This document shows positions 18,399 to 26,620 of a stretch of DNA of 64,000 nucleotides, one piece after another (the stretch's first letter is position 1; the number at the start of each line of letters is the position of its first letter). The translations under genes and the position numbers were made by a program. Location of the stretch: the NCBI GenBank assembly GCA_964426875.1, contig CAYRSB010000002.1, positions 56,155-120,154 of the forward strand, written 5' to 3'. The notes below the pieces were generated by a model, which was given only the letters and a program-made list of their open reading frames with translations, was not told the DNA's origin and made no database searches. The stretch is from an uncultured Atribacterota bacterium (GTDB lineage Bacteria > Atribacterota > Atribacteria > Atribacterales > Caldatribacteriaceae).

Positions 18399-18692
18399 AT
18401 GCTTTCCTCGTCCCTCCCTCACGACTTCCAGAAGATGCTCTTTGGAACTCTGTGGGAAGCGGTCACACAGCTTTTTGAGGGCCGGATTGTTCCAGACTTC
18501 CCTCACTTCACTCCTCGGGAATGGGAAGTAGCGGGACTCCTCGCTCAGGGCTTGACGAGCAAAGAGATCGCCGAGGCTCTTTCGGTTTCGAAAAAAGCCG
18601 TGGACTTCCACCGGGGAAACATTCGCAAAAAGCTTGGGTGTATGGATTCCCACTCTCTCTTTGCCTTACTGAAACTCCTGGAAATCGCTTAG
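18399..18692 (+). CDS. LuxR/GerE-type HTH domain protein (probable C-terminal part of the PAS-LuxR regulator)
   Basis: FTPREWEVAGLLAQGLTSKEIAEALSVSKKAVDFHRGNIRKKLG. Its frame is open back to 18300 and overlaps the PAS ORF. Confidence 0.7.
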   Translation: MLSSSLPHDFQKMLFGTLWEAVTQLFEGRIVPDFPHFTPREWEVAGLLAQGLTSKEIAEALSVSKKAVDFHRGNIRKKLGCMDSHSLFALLKLLEIA

Positions 18693-18770
18693 GAACTTCC
18701 TGGTACTTTTCTGGTATTCCCCCGTACACGTTTCTCCTCTATCCTTTGTGGAAGAAGGGAGGTTTGCACC

Positions 18771-20009
18771 ATGACTGAAAATTTTCTCTTTATCCCCATT
18801 GCAATTGGAAGGAAAAGAGCCGAGAATCGCTTTGTCATCAATGCTATGGAGTGCTGTGATTCTGACGAACTTGGCAATCCCTCTCCACGGACATATCGGA
18901 GATATGCAAAACTCTTTGAAGGAAATGCTGGGGTCATTTTTCTCGAGGCGATCACGGTGAGCTATGAGAGCCGCGCGCGCTTGCACCAGTTGAGCATCAT
19001 GCCTCGCAATGCGAAAGCCCTTGAGCAATTCGTTGCCAAGATGAGGAAAATCAATCCCAAGCCCCTTTTCATTTTCCAGCTCACCCATGCAGGGGAGTTG
19101 AGTAACCCTGAGTTCTCCCGAAGGGTTTGTGTGAAACCTCTCCCAGGTCTTGGTGGGGATATTTTAAGCAAAGAGGACGTTGAAACTATTATTGACCAGT
19201 TTGTCCTGGGTGCAAAGATTGCCCATGATGCGGGAGCAGATGGTGTCGACGTGAAACTTTGCCACGGATATCTGGGAACACAAATCCTCCGCCCATACAA
19301 TGACCGTCCTTGGAAATACGGAGGACCGTGGGAGAAGCAGCGCCGATTTGCCTTTGAAATCTATGAACGTATCCGAAAGGCTATCCCCGACGCAAACTTC
19401 CTCCTGGGTTCAAAAGTTACCATGTGGGAGGGTATTCCCGGAGGTCAGGGGTGCGCGGGCCCGGATACAGCCATCATGGACCTCACAGAGCCCCTGGATT
19501 TGCTGCAAGGCCTGAGAGAACGTGGAGCAAACTTTATTCTTGTTTCTGCAGGAAATCCATCCCTCACTATTGCTCTGGCACACCCGGACAAGAGAATCCC
19601 TGATTACGCTTACCTCCACCATTACTTTCAGAAAGAAGCACGTAAAGTCCTTGCCCCTGAGGTCGTCACCATGGGCTCAGCGTATTCCATTTTCCGGGAC
19701 GGGAATAACAATTTTCTCGGTATAGAACGAGAAAAGAGTTCGCTTCTTTTCTGGGGAGACAAAAATATACGGGATGGGGTGGTAGATATGGTGGCCATAG
19801 GCCGTCAGTCTCTTGCTGACCCGCTTCTCCCCAAAAAGTTAAAGGAAGGAAAAACTCAAGAAGTTCAGTGGTGTACTCTTTGTGATGCCTGCATGGAACT
19901 CCTCATTCGGCAACAGCCCACAGGGTGTGTCGTACATAACAGAGAGTACGCCGAAATCCTTCGCAAAACTCGAGAGCAATATGGCGTTTTAAAATTCAAG
20001 CATACGTAG
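18771..20009 (+). CDS. NADH:flavin oxidoreductase, Old Yellow Enzyme / 2,4-dienoyl-CoA-reductase-like FMN domain
   Basis: 412 aa. LTHAGE, GADGVDVKLCHGYLGTQILRPYNDRPWKYGGPWEKQRRFAFEI and VAIGRQSLADP motifs are present. Confidence 0.8.
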   Translation: MTENFLFIPIAIGRKRAENRFVINAMECCDSDELGNPSPRTYRRYAKLFEGNAGVIFLEAITVSYESRARLHQLSIMPRNAKALEQFVAKMRKINPKPLFIFQLTHAGELSNPEFSRRVCVKPLPGLGGDILSKEDVETIIDQFVLGAKIAHDAGADGVDVKLCHGYLGTQILRPYNDRPWKYGGPWEKQRRFAFEIYERIRKAIPDANFLLGSKVTMWEGIPGGQGCAGPDTAIMDLTEPLDLLQGLRERGANFILVSAGNPSLTIALAHPDKRIPDYAYLHHYFQKEARKVLAPEVVTMGSAYSIFRDGNNNFLGIEREKSSLLFWGDKNIRDGVVDMVAIGRQSLADPLLPKKLKEGKTQEVQWCTLCDACMELLIRQQPTGCVVHNREYAEILRKTREQYGVLKFKHT

Positions 20010-20013
20010 GAGT

Positions 20014-20079
20014 ACAGCACCGGTGCAAAGGACGGCACAGGTGCTCAAAAGAGAGCATTCCAGCCACACGACCTGTGCC
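20014..20079. repeat. perfect 19-bp inverted repeat (TGCAAAGGACGGCACAGGT / ACCTGTGCCGTCCTTTGCA) with a 28-nt loop
   Basis: Arms at 20014-20032 and 20061-20079, read directly. Starts 5 nt after the OYE stop, with no U-tract. Confidence 0.8.
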
Positions 20080-20084
20080 GTCCT

Positions 20085-20610
20085 TTGCAGCAGAGACAGG
20101 GGCATTCCTTTGGTGAAGAGATTGTAGTTTCGCTCAAGCTCCGGGAAGAGATTGAAGAGACGTTTCCGAATTCCATCTTTCAGGTGGGAAACCTCTTGAG
20201 TGCGCCTTTCCCTTTCTGGGGAGAGGAACTTCAGTTCGATCAGTGTTCCCCTCCTTAAGGGTGCTGGTTGGGCAAGAGGAGGTAGCAAGCTTAGTAGGGG
20301 CATCCTTTCTCTCAGGCTCAGTATTTCTGATTGCAAGCCAAGAGGAGGTATTGATCACCAAAGGGTGGATGATGACGGTGTCTCTGTTGTTTTCTCCCAG
20401 GAAAAAGAAGAGATTCGGGAAGTAGATTCCATACTGGCAAGGAGAGGAGATTCTGGAGATATGGTTTCAGGGAAGCCTTGGAAACCCTTCAGGGATTGGG
20501 GGAATATGGAAAAAGCAGGGTCTGCTTTCTGTTCCTTCCTCCATGGTGACAGGGGCTTTAGGATCCAACCAACCTATTCGGTTTGAGGAAGCAGGAAACA
20601 AGCTCTTTGG
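20085..20610 (-). pseudogene. IS110-family (DEDD) transposase remnant, N-terminal half, multiply frameshifted
   Basis: Minus-strand fragments match IS110-type order: ..LLASMESTSRISSF.. (MEATG.Y), VINTSSWLAIRNTEPERKDAPTKLA (V.VVNP....F....KTD..DA..LA), and LIELKFLSPERERRTQEVSHLKDGIRKRLFNLFPELERNYNLF (ELR.L.R.R..L....T...N.....L...FPE). The C-terminal half is absent. Confidence 0.55.
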
Positions 20611-20660
20611 CGGGCTTACATAGTCCAGGTGAGGAGGATGTTTTCCTGCTTCTTTTTCTT
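20588..20660. repeat. 13/14-bp inverted repeat GAAGCAGGAAACA / TGTTTTCCTGCTTC (38-nt loop) followed by TTTTTCTT
   Basis: Arms at 20588-20600 and 20639-20652 with a one-base bulge. It sits at the 5' edge of the IS110-like remnant. Confidence 0.6.
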
Positions 20661-20948
20661 AACCTTCAAGACTTGAAATCACTTTACCAAAACCACTAGT
20701 AGGGGGTGAAGAGAAAGGCAAAGAAACGCTACGATGAACCCCAGAGGTGAGGCATCGAATCCGTTTCATCAAGATTTTTACCTGAGGCATCACGTCATGT
20801 TTCTCTTAAGCCTTGCGTGAGGTACCCCTTTCTTCTCCCCGTGTGAAAGGGGTCAATATCTGATCAACACCAGAACGAAAAGGGATTGGAGATGAACCGG
20901 TGTGAGTGGGAATGACCTGCAAGGCATTCAGTAGAACTTAAGGAGTTT

Positions 20949-20962
20949 TGTAATCGTTTGCA
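20949..20962. promoter_or_regulatory. cre/LacI-family-operator-like site TGTAATCGTTTGCA
   Basis: Fits TGWAANCGNTNNCA and lies 40 nt upstream of the -35 box of the sugar-ABC operon, which contains a LacI-family gene. Confidence 0.3.
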
Positions 20963-21001
20963 AACATCGTGTTTCTTTGAGCTTGTGGCGAGAGTATGTA
21001 T

Positions 21002-21030
21002 TTGACACGATAAGCCTTTCCTCTTATAAT
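21002..21030 (+). promoter_or_regulatory. consensus sigma-70 promoter (TTGACA, 17 nt, TATAAT)
   Basis: TTGACA at 21002-21007 and TATAAT at 21025-21030, about 100 nt upstream of ATG 21134. Confidence 0.7.
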
Positions 21031-21133
21031 AAAACTAAATCGGTTTCAAGGAGGTGGGAAAACTTTTAAAGAGACCAAATATCCCTCGGTTTTTCCGCTT
21101 TACCTTCACGACTTTAAAAGGGGGGTTGTTTTG

Positions 21134-22605
21134 ATGAGAAAAACGCTCTTTGTGGTTTTCGTGGGGTTTGTGCGATACTTTTTCTGACCGCTACGGCAGC
21201 CTGGGGTGAAGGGAAGACCATCAAAGTTTTAGCCATGACGGGGCCTTGGGTGAGCGGTCCGGTAAAGGTCCATGGAGAAGAGTGGGGAAAAATGACGGGA
21301 AACCGAGTGGAGGTCATTGAAGCCGACTTTGCCGACCTCTTCCCCAAGATGCAGCAGGCAGCAGCTACTCGTAGTAAGGCTTTTGACGTTCTTCTTGCCG
21401 GTAACATCTGGATGGCTGACCTTGTAGGGTGGGGGTATGTCATTCCTCTTGACGATTACCTCAAAGACCCTGAGGTCCAGTACGAGACCGACGTTCCTGA
21501 TGGTATCAAGCTCAAGAACATGTTCGGTGGAAAGACCTACGGTCTTATCTGCGACAACGATAACATGTATCTTTTCTACCGCAAGGACATTTTAGGGAAC
21601 CGCGACTACCGGGCGAAGTTCAAAGAGAAATATGGATATGAATACAACGTTCCTCCACAGACCATCGATGAACTTATCGACGTGGCAGAATTCTTTAACG
21701 GTTGGGATTGGGACAACGACGGGGAGATTGAGTATGGTTTTGTGCGAAGCACAAAACGTGGTGCTCAGACCTACTTCTATTCTCTTCCATGGGTAGCACC
21801 CTATGCAGTGGTACCTCGAGATAAGGCCCCGGCTCAGGGCATCCTCTACTTCCAGCCCGACATGACCCCTCTTGTAAACAGCCCCGGTTGGGTGAAGGGC
21901 ATTGAAAAATTCATCGAAATGGGGAAGCGGGGATGTGGTCCCGGCCTTGATTGGGTACGGGGTGACGTTATCAACGAGGTAATCCTTGGGCATGCCGCTA
22001 TGGCCATTGACTGGGGTGACATTGGTCCGAACTCCCATGATGTGCAGTCGAAGGTCAAGGGACTCATTGGCTATGCCCTTCCTCCCGGTACGAAAGAGTA
22101 CTGGGACTGGCAAAAGGGTGAGTGGGTAAAGACCGAGGAAGTCCACTATGCCCCCGTACACTGCTTCAACGGTTGGTCTTTCTACATCACCTCCACCACC
22201 GACTATCCGGATCTCTGCTGGGACTTTGTTAAGTACATGATAAGCCCCGAAGTCAGTGCCAAAGACGTAGCGAACCCCTTCTCCGGGTATCAACCCTGGC
22301 GGAAATCCCACATGGAAAACCTTGAAGCATGGGTCCAGGCCGGGTGGACGGAAGAGGAAGCACGGGAATACATCGCCAATACCCTTGCTGTTACTGATGA
22401 CCCCAATGCGGTCATTGACATTCGAATTCCGGGCTCGGCTGAATACATGGATGTGTATGAACTCCATCTAACTGTAGCCCTTTCTGGAGAGAAGTCGGCT
22501 CAAGATGCCATGAATGACTGTGCCGTAGAATGGAATGCTCTCACCGAGCGACTTGGAAAAGACGCTCAGGTCAAGTTTTACAAACAACACCTTGGAATCG
22601 AGTAA
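21134..22605 (+). CDS. sugar ABC transporter substrate-binding protein (family 1); signal peptide is out of frame with the mature part
   Basis: ATG 21134 (frame 2) encodes MRKTLFVVFVGFV.. then stops at 21185. The mature part is in frame 1 (..CAILFLTATAAWGEGKTIKVLAMTGPW..) and has no start codon before 21235. The shift lies within 21160-21185 (GGGG/TTT/TTTTT runs). Confidence 0.8.
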
Positions 22606-22609
22606 ATTC

Positions 22610-22646
22610 ATTCCCCCACCCCTTGTAAGGGGTGGGGGAATTTTTG
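22610..22646 (+). terminator. intrinsic terminator/attenuator after the binding-protein gene
   Basis: ATTCCCCCACCCC ttgtaa GGGGTGGGGGAAT followed by TTTTTG, 5 nt after the stop. Confidence 0.75.
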
Positions 22647-22662
22647 TTTAAGAGGTGAAACC

Positions 22663-23538
22663 ATGGCTCTTCGAGCAGAATGGAGAATGAAGTACGCGAT
22701 GATCCTTCCTGTGGTGATTTTTATCCTTGCTTTGGCCATTTTCCCCCTCATCTTTTCCATCCTCATGGCTTTAAGTCAATGGACTCCAGGAACCGGGGGT
22801 TTGCGTTTTGTAGGACTTAAGAATTTCATCGAGATGGTAAAAGATCCGCGTTTCAGACATGCTTTCTCTCTTTCTTTTGGCTATGTAGGGACGGTGGTGG
22901 GCATTGAGCTCCTTTTAGGTATTGTTTTAGCCATGTTCTTGCAGAAGGACGTCCTGGGTAAGAACTTCTTTCGGGTGACGTACATGCTTCCCATGCTTCT
23001 TTCTCCTGTAGCTATATCCTATGTCTGGAAGATGATTTTCGATTACAACCGAGGTCCACTGAACTATTTTCTGGGATGGTTTGGCATTACCCCCATTGAG
23101 TGGTTGGGAAAGGGAACAATGGCTTTTATTTCTCTCATTCTTGTCGATGTCTGGCAGTGGACTCCCTTCATGGTTTTCACCATTCTGGCGGCTTTTGAGT
23201 CTATTTCTGAGGAACTTTACGAGGCGGCGGTAGTGGATGGCGCATCTCACTCCCACGTTTTCTTCCGCATTACCCTCCCTGTAGCCTTTCCAGTCATCAT
23301 CACCATTGTTCTTTTGCGAACTATTGATGCCTTTAAGGTCTTCGATACCGTCTATGTTCTTACTGGAGGAGGCCCGGGAACGGCGACCGAGACTCTCAAC
23401 TTCTATATTTACCTCAAGGGCTTTCGAGCCTTTAACCTTGGCTACGGAACGGCGATGTCCTGGATACAGCTTCTCATCATCATTGTTATGTTTACCTATC
23501 TCACCCGATTCCTTCAGCGGATAGGAGCGTTGAGATAA
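22663..23538 (+). CDS. sugar ABC transporter permease (MalF-like)
   Basis: 291 aa with EAA loop EAAVVDGASHSHVFFRITLPVAFP. Confidence 0.9.
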   Translation: MALRAEWRMKYAMILPVVIFILALAIFPLIFSILMALSQWTPGTGGLRFVGLKNFIEMVKDPRFRHAFSLSFGYVGTVVGIELLLGIVLAMFLQKDVLGKNFFRVTYMLPMLLSPVAISYVWKMIFDYNRGPLNYFLGWFGITPIEWLGKGTMAFISLILVDVWQWTPFMVFTILAAFESISEELYEAAVVDGASHSHVFFRITLPVAFPVIITIVLLRTIDAFKVFDTVYVLTGGGPGTATETLNFYIYLKGFRAFNLGYGTAMSWIQLLIIIVMFTYLTRFLQRIGALR

Positions 23539-24440
23539 TGCCAGGAACCTACTTTAAGGTGAAAAACAAATGGTCGAAAGCGGGAATCTATGTGGTGCTC
23601 CTTTTCTGGCTCCTTTTTACCCTTTTTCCCATTTACTATAACGTAGTGACTTCTTTCAAAGAGCACGAAACGGTTTATGCTCCACGGCCAAAGTTCTTCC
23701 CCTTCATCGATTTCCGGCCCAGTCTCCTGGGGTGGATTCATCTTTTAGGAAGAACGGCCCCTGGAGAAGCAGAATACCAGGTGATGAAAGTCCTTGGCGC
23801 TCAGGGGGCATATCTCAAAAATAGTGTAGTGGTGGCCTTGGTCAGCTCTCTCATCACGGTGGTTTTGGGAATTATGGCAGGGTACGCCCTTACCCGTTTT
23901 GTATATCGCCGCTGGAGGAATGAGAGTATTGCTTTCTTTATCCTCTCTCAACGCATGTTTCCTCCGGTAGCTTTGGCCATGCCCTTTTTCATCCTTTTTA
24001 ACACCTTGGGACTTTTGGACAACGTCGTGAGTCTCATCATCGTTTACAGTATCATGAATCTGCCTCTGGTGACCTGGATTGTCAAGGAGTTTTTCTCAGA
24101 CCTTCCCAGGGAGCTTGAGGAAGCAGCAATGGTTGATGGGTGTTCCCGGTGGAAAGCACTCTTTTCGGTGGTCATCCCCCTTGCCCTTCCCGGTATCGCA
24201 GTGTCCTTTCTTTTCTCTTTTATCTTTGCCTGGAATGAATTTTTGGTGGCGCTTACTTTAACCTTTGAGAACGCCAAGACCTTACCCTTGCAGATGGCCG
24301 GGCTTACCACCCTTCGGGGACCACAGTACTGGGATATTGCCGCAAGTTCTCTGGTGATCATTATTCCCCCGCTTCTTGTGACTATCTTTGCCAATCGCTA
24401 CATTATCCGAGGTTTGTCCCTTGGAGCAGTGAAAGAGTAG
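23538..24440 (+). CDS. sugar ABC transporter permease (MalG-like)
   Basis: 300 aa with EAA loop EAAMVDGCSRWKALFSVVIPLALPG. Start overlaps the upstream stop. Confidence 0.9.
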   Translation: MPGTYFKVKNKWSKAGIYVVLLFWLLFTLFPIYYNVVTSFKEHETVYAPRPKFFPFIDFRPSLLGWIHLLGRTAPGEAEYQVMKVLGAQGAYLKNSVVVALVSSLITVVLGIMAGYALTRFVYRRWRNESIAFFILSQRMFPPVALAMPFFILFNTLGLLDNVVSLIIVYSIMNLPLVTWIVKEFFSDLPRELEEAAMVDGCSRWKALFSVVIPLALPGIAVSFLFSFIFAWNEFLVALTLTFENAKTLPLQMAGLTTLRGPQYWDIAASSLVIIIPPLLVTIFANRYIIRGLSLGAVKE

Positions 24441-24454
24441 AGGAGGAAATCTCC

Positions 24455-25582
24455 GTGGAGAGTGTTGAGAAAAAGAGGTCTCGAGTTCTTACAGCCTTGA
24501 AAGAGCATAAAGAACCGGATCGTGTTCCTCTTACGGATTTTTACTGGAGTTCTTTCTTAGAGCGATGGAGGAAGGCTTTGAATCTTCCTGAAGAAACAGA
24601 CATTTACGAGTACTATGATCTTGACGTCAAGGTCATTTCTCCTAACATGGATCCTAAGGTGGAAAGCTGTGTCATTATTGAGAAAACTCCAGAGTACGTG
24701 GTCTTCCGAAGCGGCTTCGGTTGTACGGTGAAGAAATTATTTTCTGCTCCTATGCCGATGTTTCTTGATTTTTCGGTGAAGAGTGCTGAAGAGTTTGCTT
24801 CTTTTACTTTCGACGACCCCCGGGATGATCGGCGATACTTTGAAAAACGCTGTGACATCATCAACTGTGGTGACAGCTTTGGAGTGTTGCCGAGTTTTGT
24901 GGAGGATATCGAAAGCAACAAAGACAAATTTTGCCTTTTTGGTTCTATATGTGAACCCTATGAATTCATGTGGCGTGTCCGAGGTACAGAGGGATTGCTT
25001 ATGGACCTTGCGCTTGAAAAGGACAAGGTTCGAGATTTTGCTGAGCGGGCTACCGATTTTATGCTTGAGATTGCCGAAAGAGAAATAGAACTTGCCCCCC
25101 TCGCCGGTATGATTATTTGGGGTGACGTGGCCTACGATAAGGGGATGTTTTTCTCTCCCAAACTCTGGAGGGAGATCTTCTTTCCTTGTGTCAAGAGACT
25201 TTGCCATTTTCTCCATCGCCACGATCTCCTTGTGGTGTATCACGGGTGTGGTCGAAGTCTTGACATTTTCCCAGACCTCATTGAGGCTGGAATCGATGTG
25301 TACAATCCCTTGGAGGCCAAGGCAGGGATGGACCCGGTGGAACTTAAGAAACTCTACGGTGAGAGGGTCTCCTTCTTTGGAGGAATTGATAATCGAATTC
25401 TGGGATATGGGACCTGGGAAGAAATCGAAAGGGAGGTGCTCTATAAGCTTAAGGCAGCAGTGGGGGGAGGGTATATGCCCGCTTCGGACCATTCGGTGGC
25501 GAGTAATGTCGATCCCTTGGTATACGACCGAATTGTCCGGCTTCTTAGAGAACGAGGGGTATATCCTTTGGAACTTTCGTAG
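24455..25582 (+). CDS. uroporphyrinogen decarboxylase (URO-D/MtaA-like) family protein, function unknown
   Basis: GTG start 8 nt after AGGAGG. KEPDRVPLTDF N-terminus, and YHGCGRSLDIFPDLIEAGIDVYNPLEAKAGMDPVELKKLYGERVSFFGGID is typical of the URO-D fold family. Confidence 0.75.
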   Translation: MESVEKKRSRVLTALKEHKEPDRVPLTDFYWSSFLERWRKALNLPEETDIYEYYDLDVKVISPNMDPKVESCVIIEKTPEYVVFRSGFGCTVKKLFSAPMPMFLDFSVKSAEEFASFTFDDPRDDRRYFEKRCDIINCGDSFGVLPSFVEDIESNKDKFCLFGSICEPYEFMWRVRGTEGLLMDLALEKDKVRDFAERATDFMLEIAEREIELAPLAGMIIWGDVAYDKGMFFSPKLWREIFFPCVKRLCHFLHRHDLLVVYHGCGRSLDIFPDLIEAGIDVYNPLEAKAGMDPVELKKLYGERVSFFGGIDNRILGYGTWEEIEREVLYKLKAAVGGGYMPASDHSVASNVDPLVYDRIVRLLRERGVYPLELS

Positions 25583-25591
25583 GTTTGGGCA

Positions 25592-26620
25592 ATGACAACG
25601 ATATACGATGTGGCCAGAAGGGCCGGAGTTTCTCCAGCCACGGTCTCTCGAGCCCTGAGTGGAGTTCCGGGGGTCAGTGAGGCAACACGAAGGAAAGTCC
25701 TTGAAGCTACGGAAGAACTCCACTATTCTCCAAACTACATTGCCAGGAGTCTTAAGAAACGTCAAACGAATACCATAGCACTGGTTATCTCTGACATCAC
25801 CAACCCCTTTTTCACCACCTTAGCCCGGGGCGTGGAAGACAAAGCCTCCGAGCACGGCTTCAACACCATCTTCTGCAACACCGACGAGGACCCCAAGACT
25901 GAGGAAGCCTATCTCGAACTCATGGTAAGGCGTCAGGTAGATGGGCTTCTCGTTTCAACCTGCAGTGACGGGAAAACCCTCGATCGCCTTTTTCGGAGAA
26001 ACGTTCCTGTGGTCCTTGTAGACCGAAGAGTCAAAGACGCTCCCTGGGATTACGTGGTAGGGGACAGTGAGTATGGAGCGTATGAGCTCACAAAACACCT
26101 CATCGAGGTCCACAGGAAAGAAAAGATTGCTATTATCTCTGGTCCTCTGGTGATTTCCACAAGCCGAGAGCGAGTGGAAGGATACGAGCGGGCCCTTAAG
26201 GAAGCAGGAATCCTTCTGTCTAAGGAGTATGTTCGCGTCGGTGCCTACAAGGAGGATTTCGGTTACCGAATGATGCGGGAATTCCTCAAAAGTGGGGTTC
26301 CGATTGAGGCCGTCTTTGCTGGAAACAATGTCATCGCCATCGGGGTGGTGCGAGCGGTTCAAGAGTTAGGCATGGGGATACCGGAAGACATCGCCTTGGC
26401 AGCCTTTGATGACTTTGATCTTGCCTCGGCTCTTTCTCCCTTTCTTACCGTGGCAAAACAGCCCGCCTATACCATGGGGACGCTGGCCGTCGAGGTGCTT
26501 TTGCAGCGCATTCGGGGGGAGAATATCAAGGAACGCCGAGAAATCATTCTGCGTCCCGAAATCATCATCCGCCGATCTTGTGGATGCAGTATAATGGAGG
26601 AAAAGGAGGGATGGAAATGA
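25592..26620 (+). CDS. LacI-family transcriptional regulator
   Basis: MTTIYDVARRAGVSPATVSRALSG HTH plus a periplasmic-binding-protein-like core; 342 aa, intact. Confidence 0.92.
   Translation: MTTIYDVARRAGVSPATVSRALSGVPGVSEATRRKVLEATEELHYSPNYIARSLKKRQTNTIALVISDITNPFFTTLARGVEDKASEHGFNTIFCNTDEDPKTEEAYLELMVRRQVDGLLVSTCSDGKTLDRLFRRNVPVVLVDRRVKDAPWDYVVGDSEYGAYELTKHLIEVHRKEKIAIISGPLVISTSRERVEGYERALKEAGILLSKEYVRVGAYKEDFGYRMMREFLKSGVPIEAVFAGNNVIAIGVVRAVQELGMGIPEDIALAAFDDFDLASALSPFLTVAKQPAYTMGTLAVEVLLQRIRGENIKERREIILRPEIIIRRSCGCSIMEEKEGWK

Noticed and set aside
19989-20336. 115-aa minus-strand ORF that could be called as a hypothetical gene overlapping the OYE stop.
   Set aside because: Its middle (..RRTQEVSHLKDGIRKRLFNLFPELERNYNLF..) is one frame-piece of the IS110-like transposase remnant. 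Its 3' part runs through the 19-bp inverted repeat and into the OYE gene.
24737-25765. A very long antisense ORF (342 aa). Similar ones occur at 2648-3598, 3633-4433, 21592-22467, 37998-38885, 40936-41811, 47077-47907, 51720-52544, 57950-58723 and 58723-59664.
   Set aside because: Each lies exactly opposite a gene with clear family motifs. The translations are low-complexity (R/S/P/G/K-rich) with no recognisable motifs. The host codon usage (GAA/AAG/CTT/TTC-rich, few TA-containing codons) naturally keeps antisense frames open.
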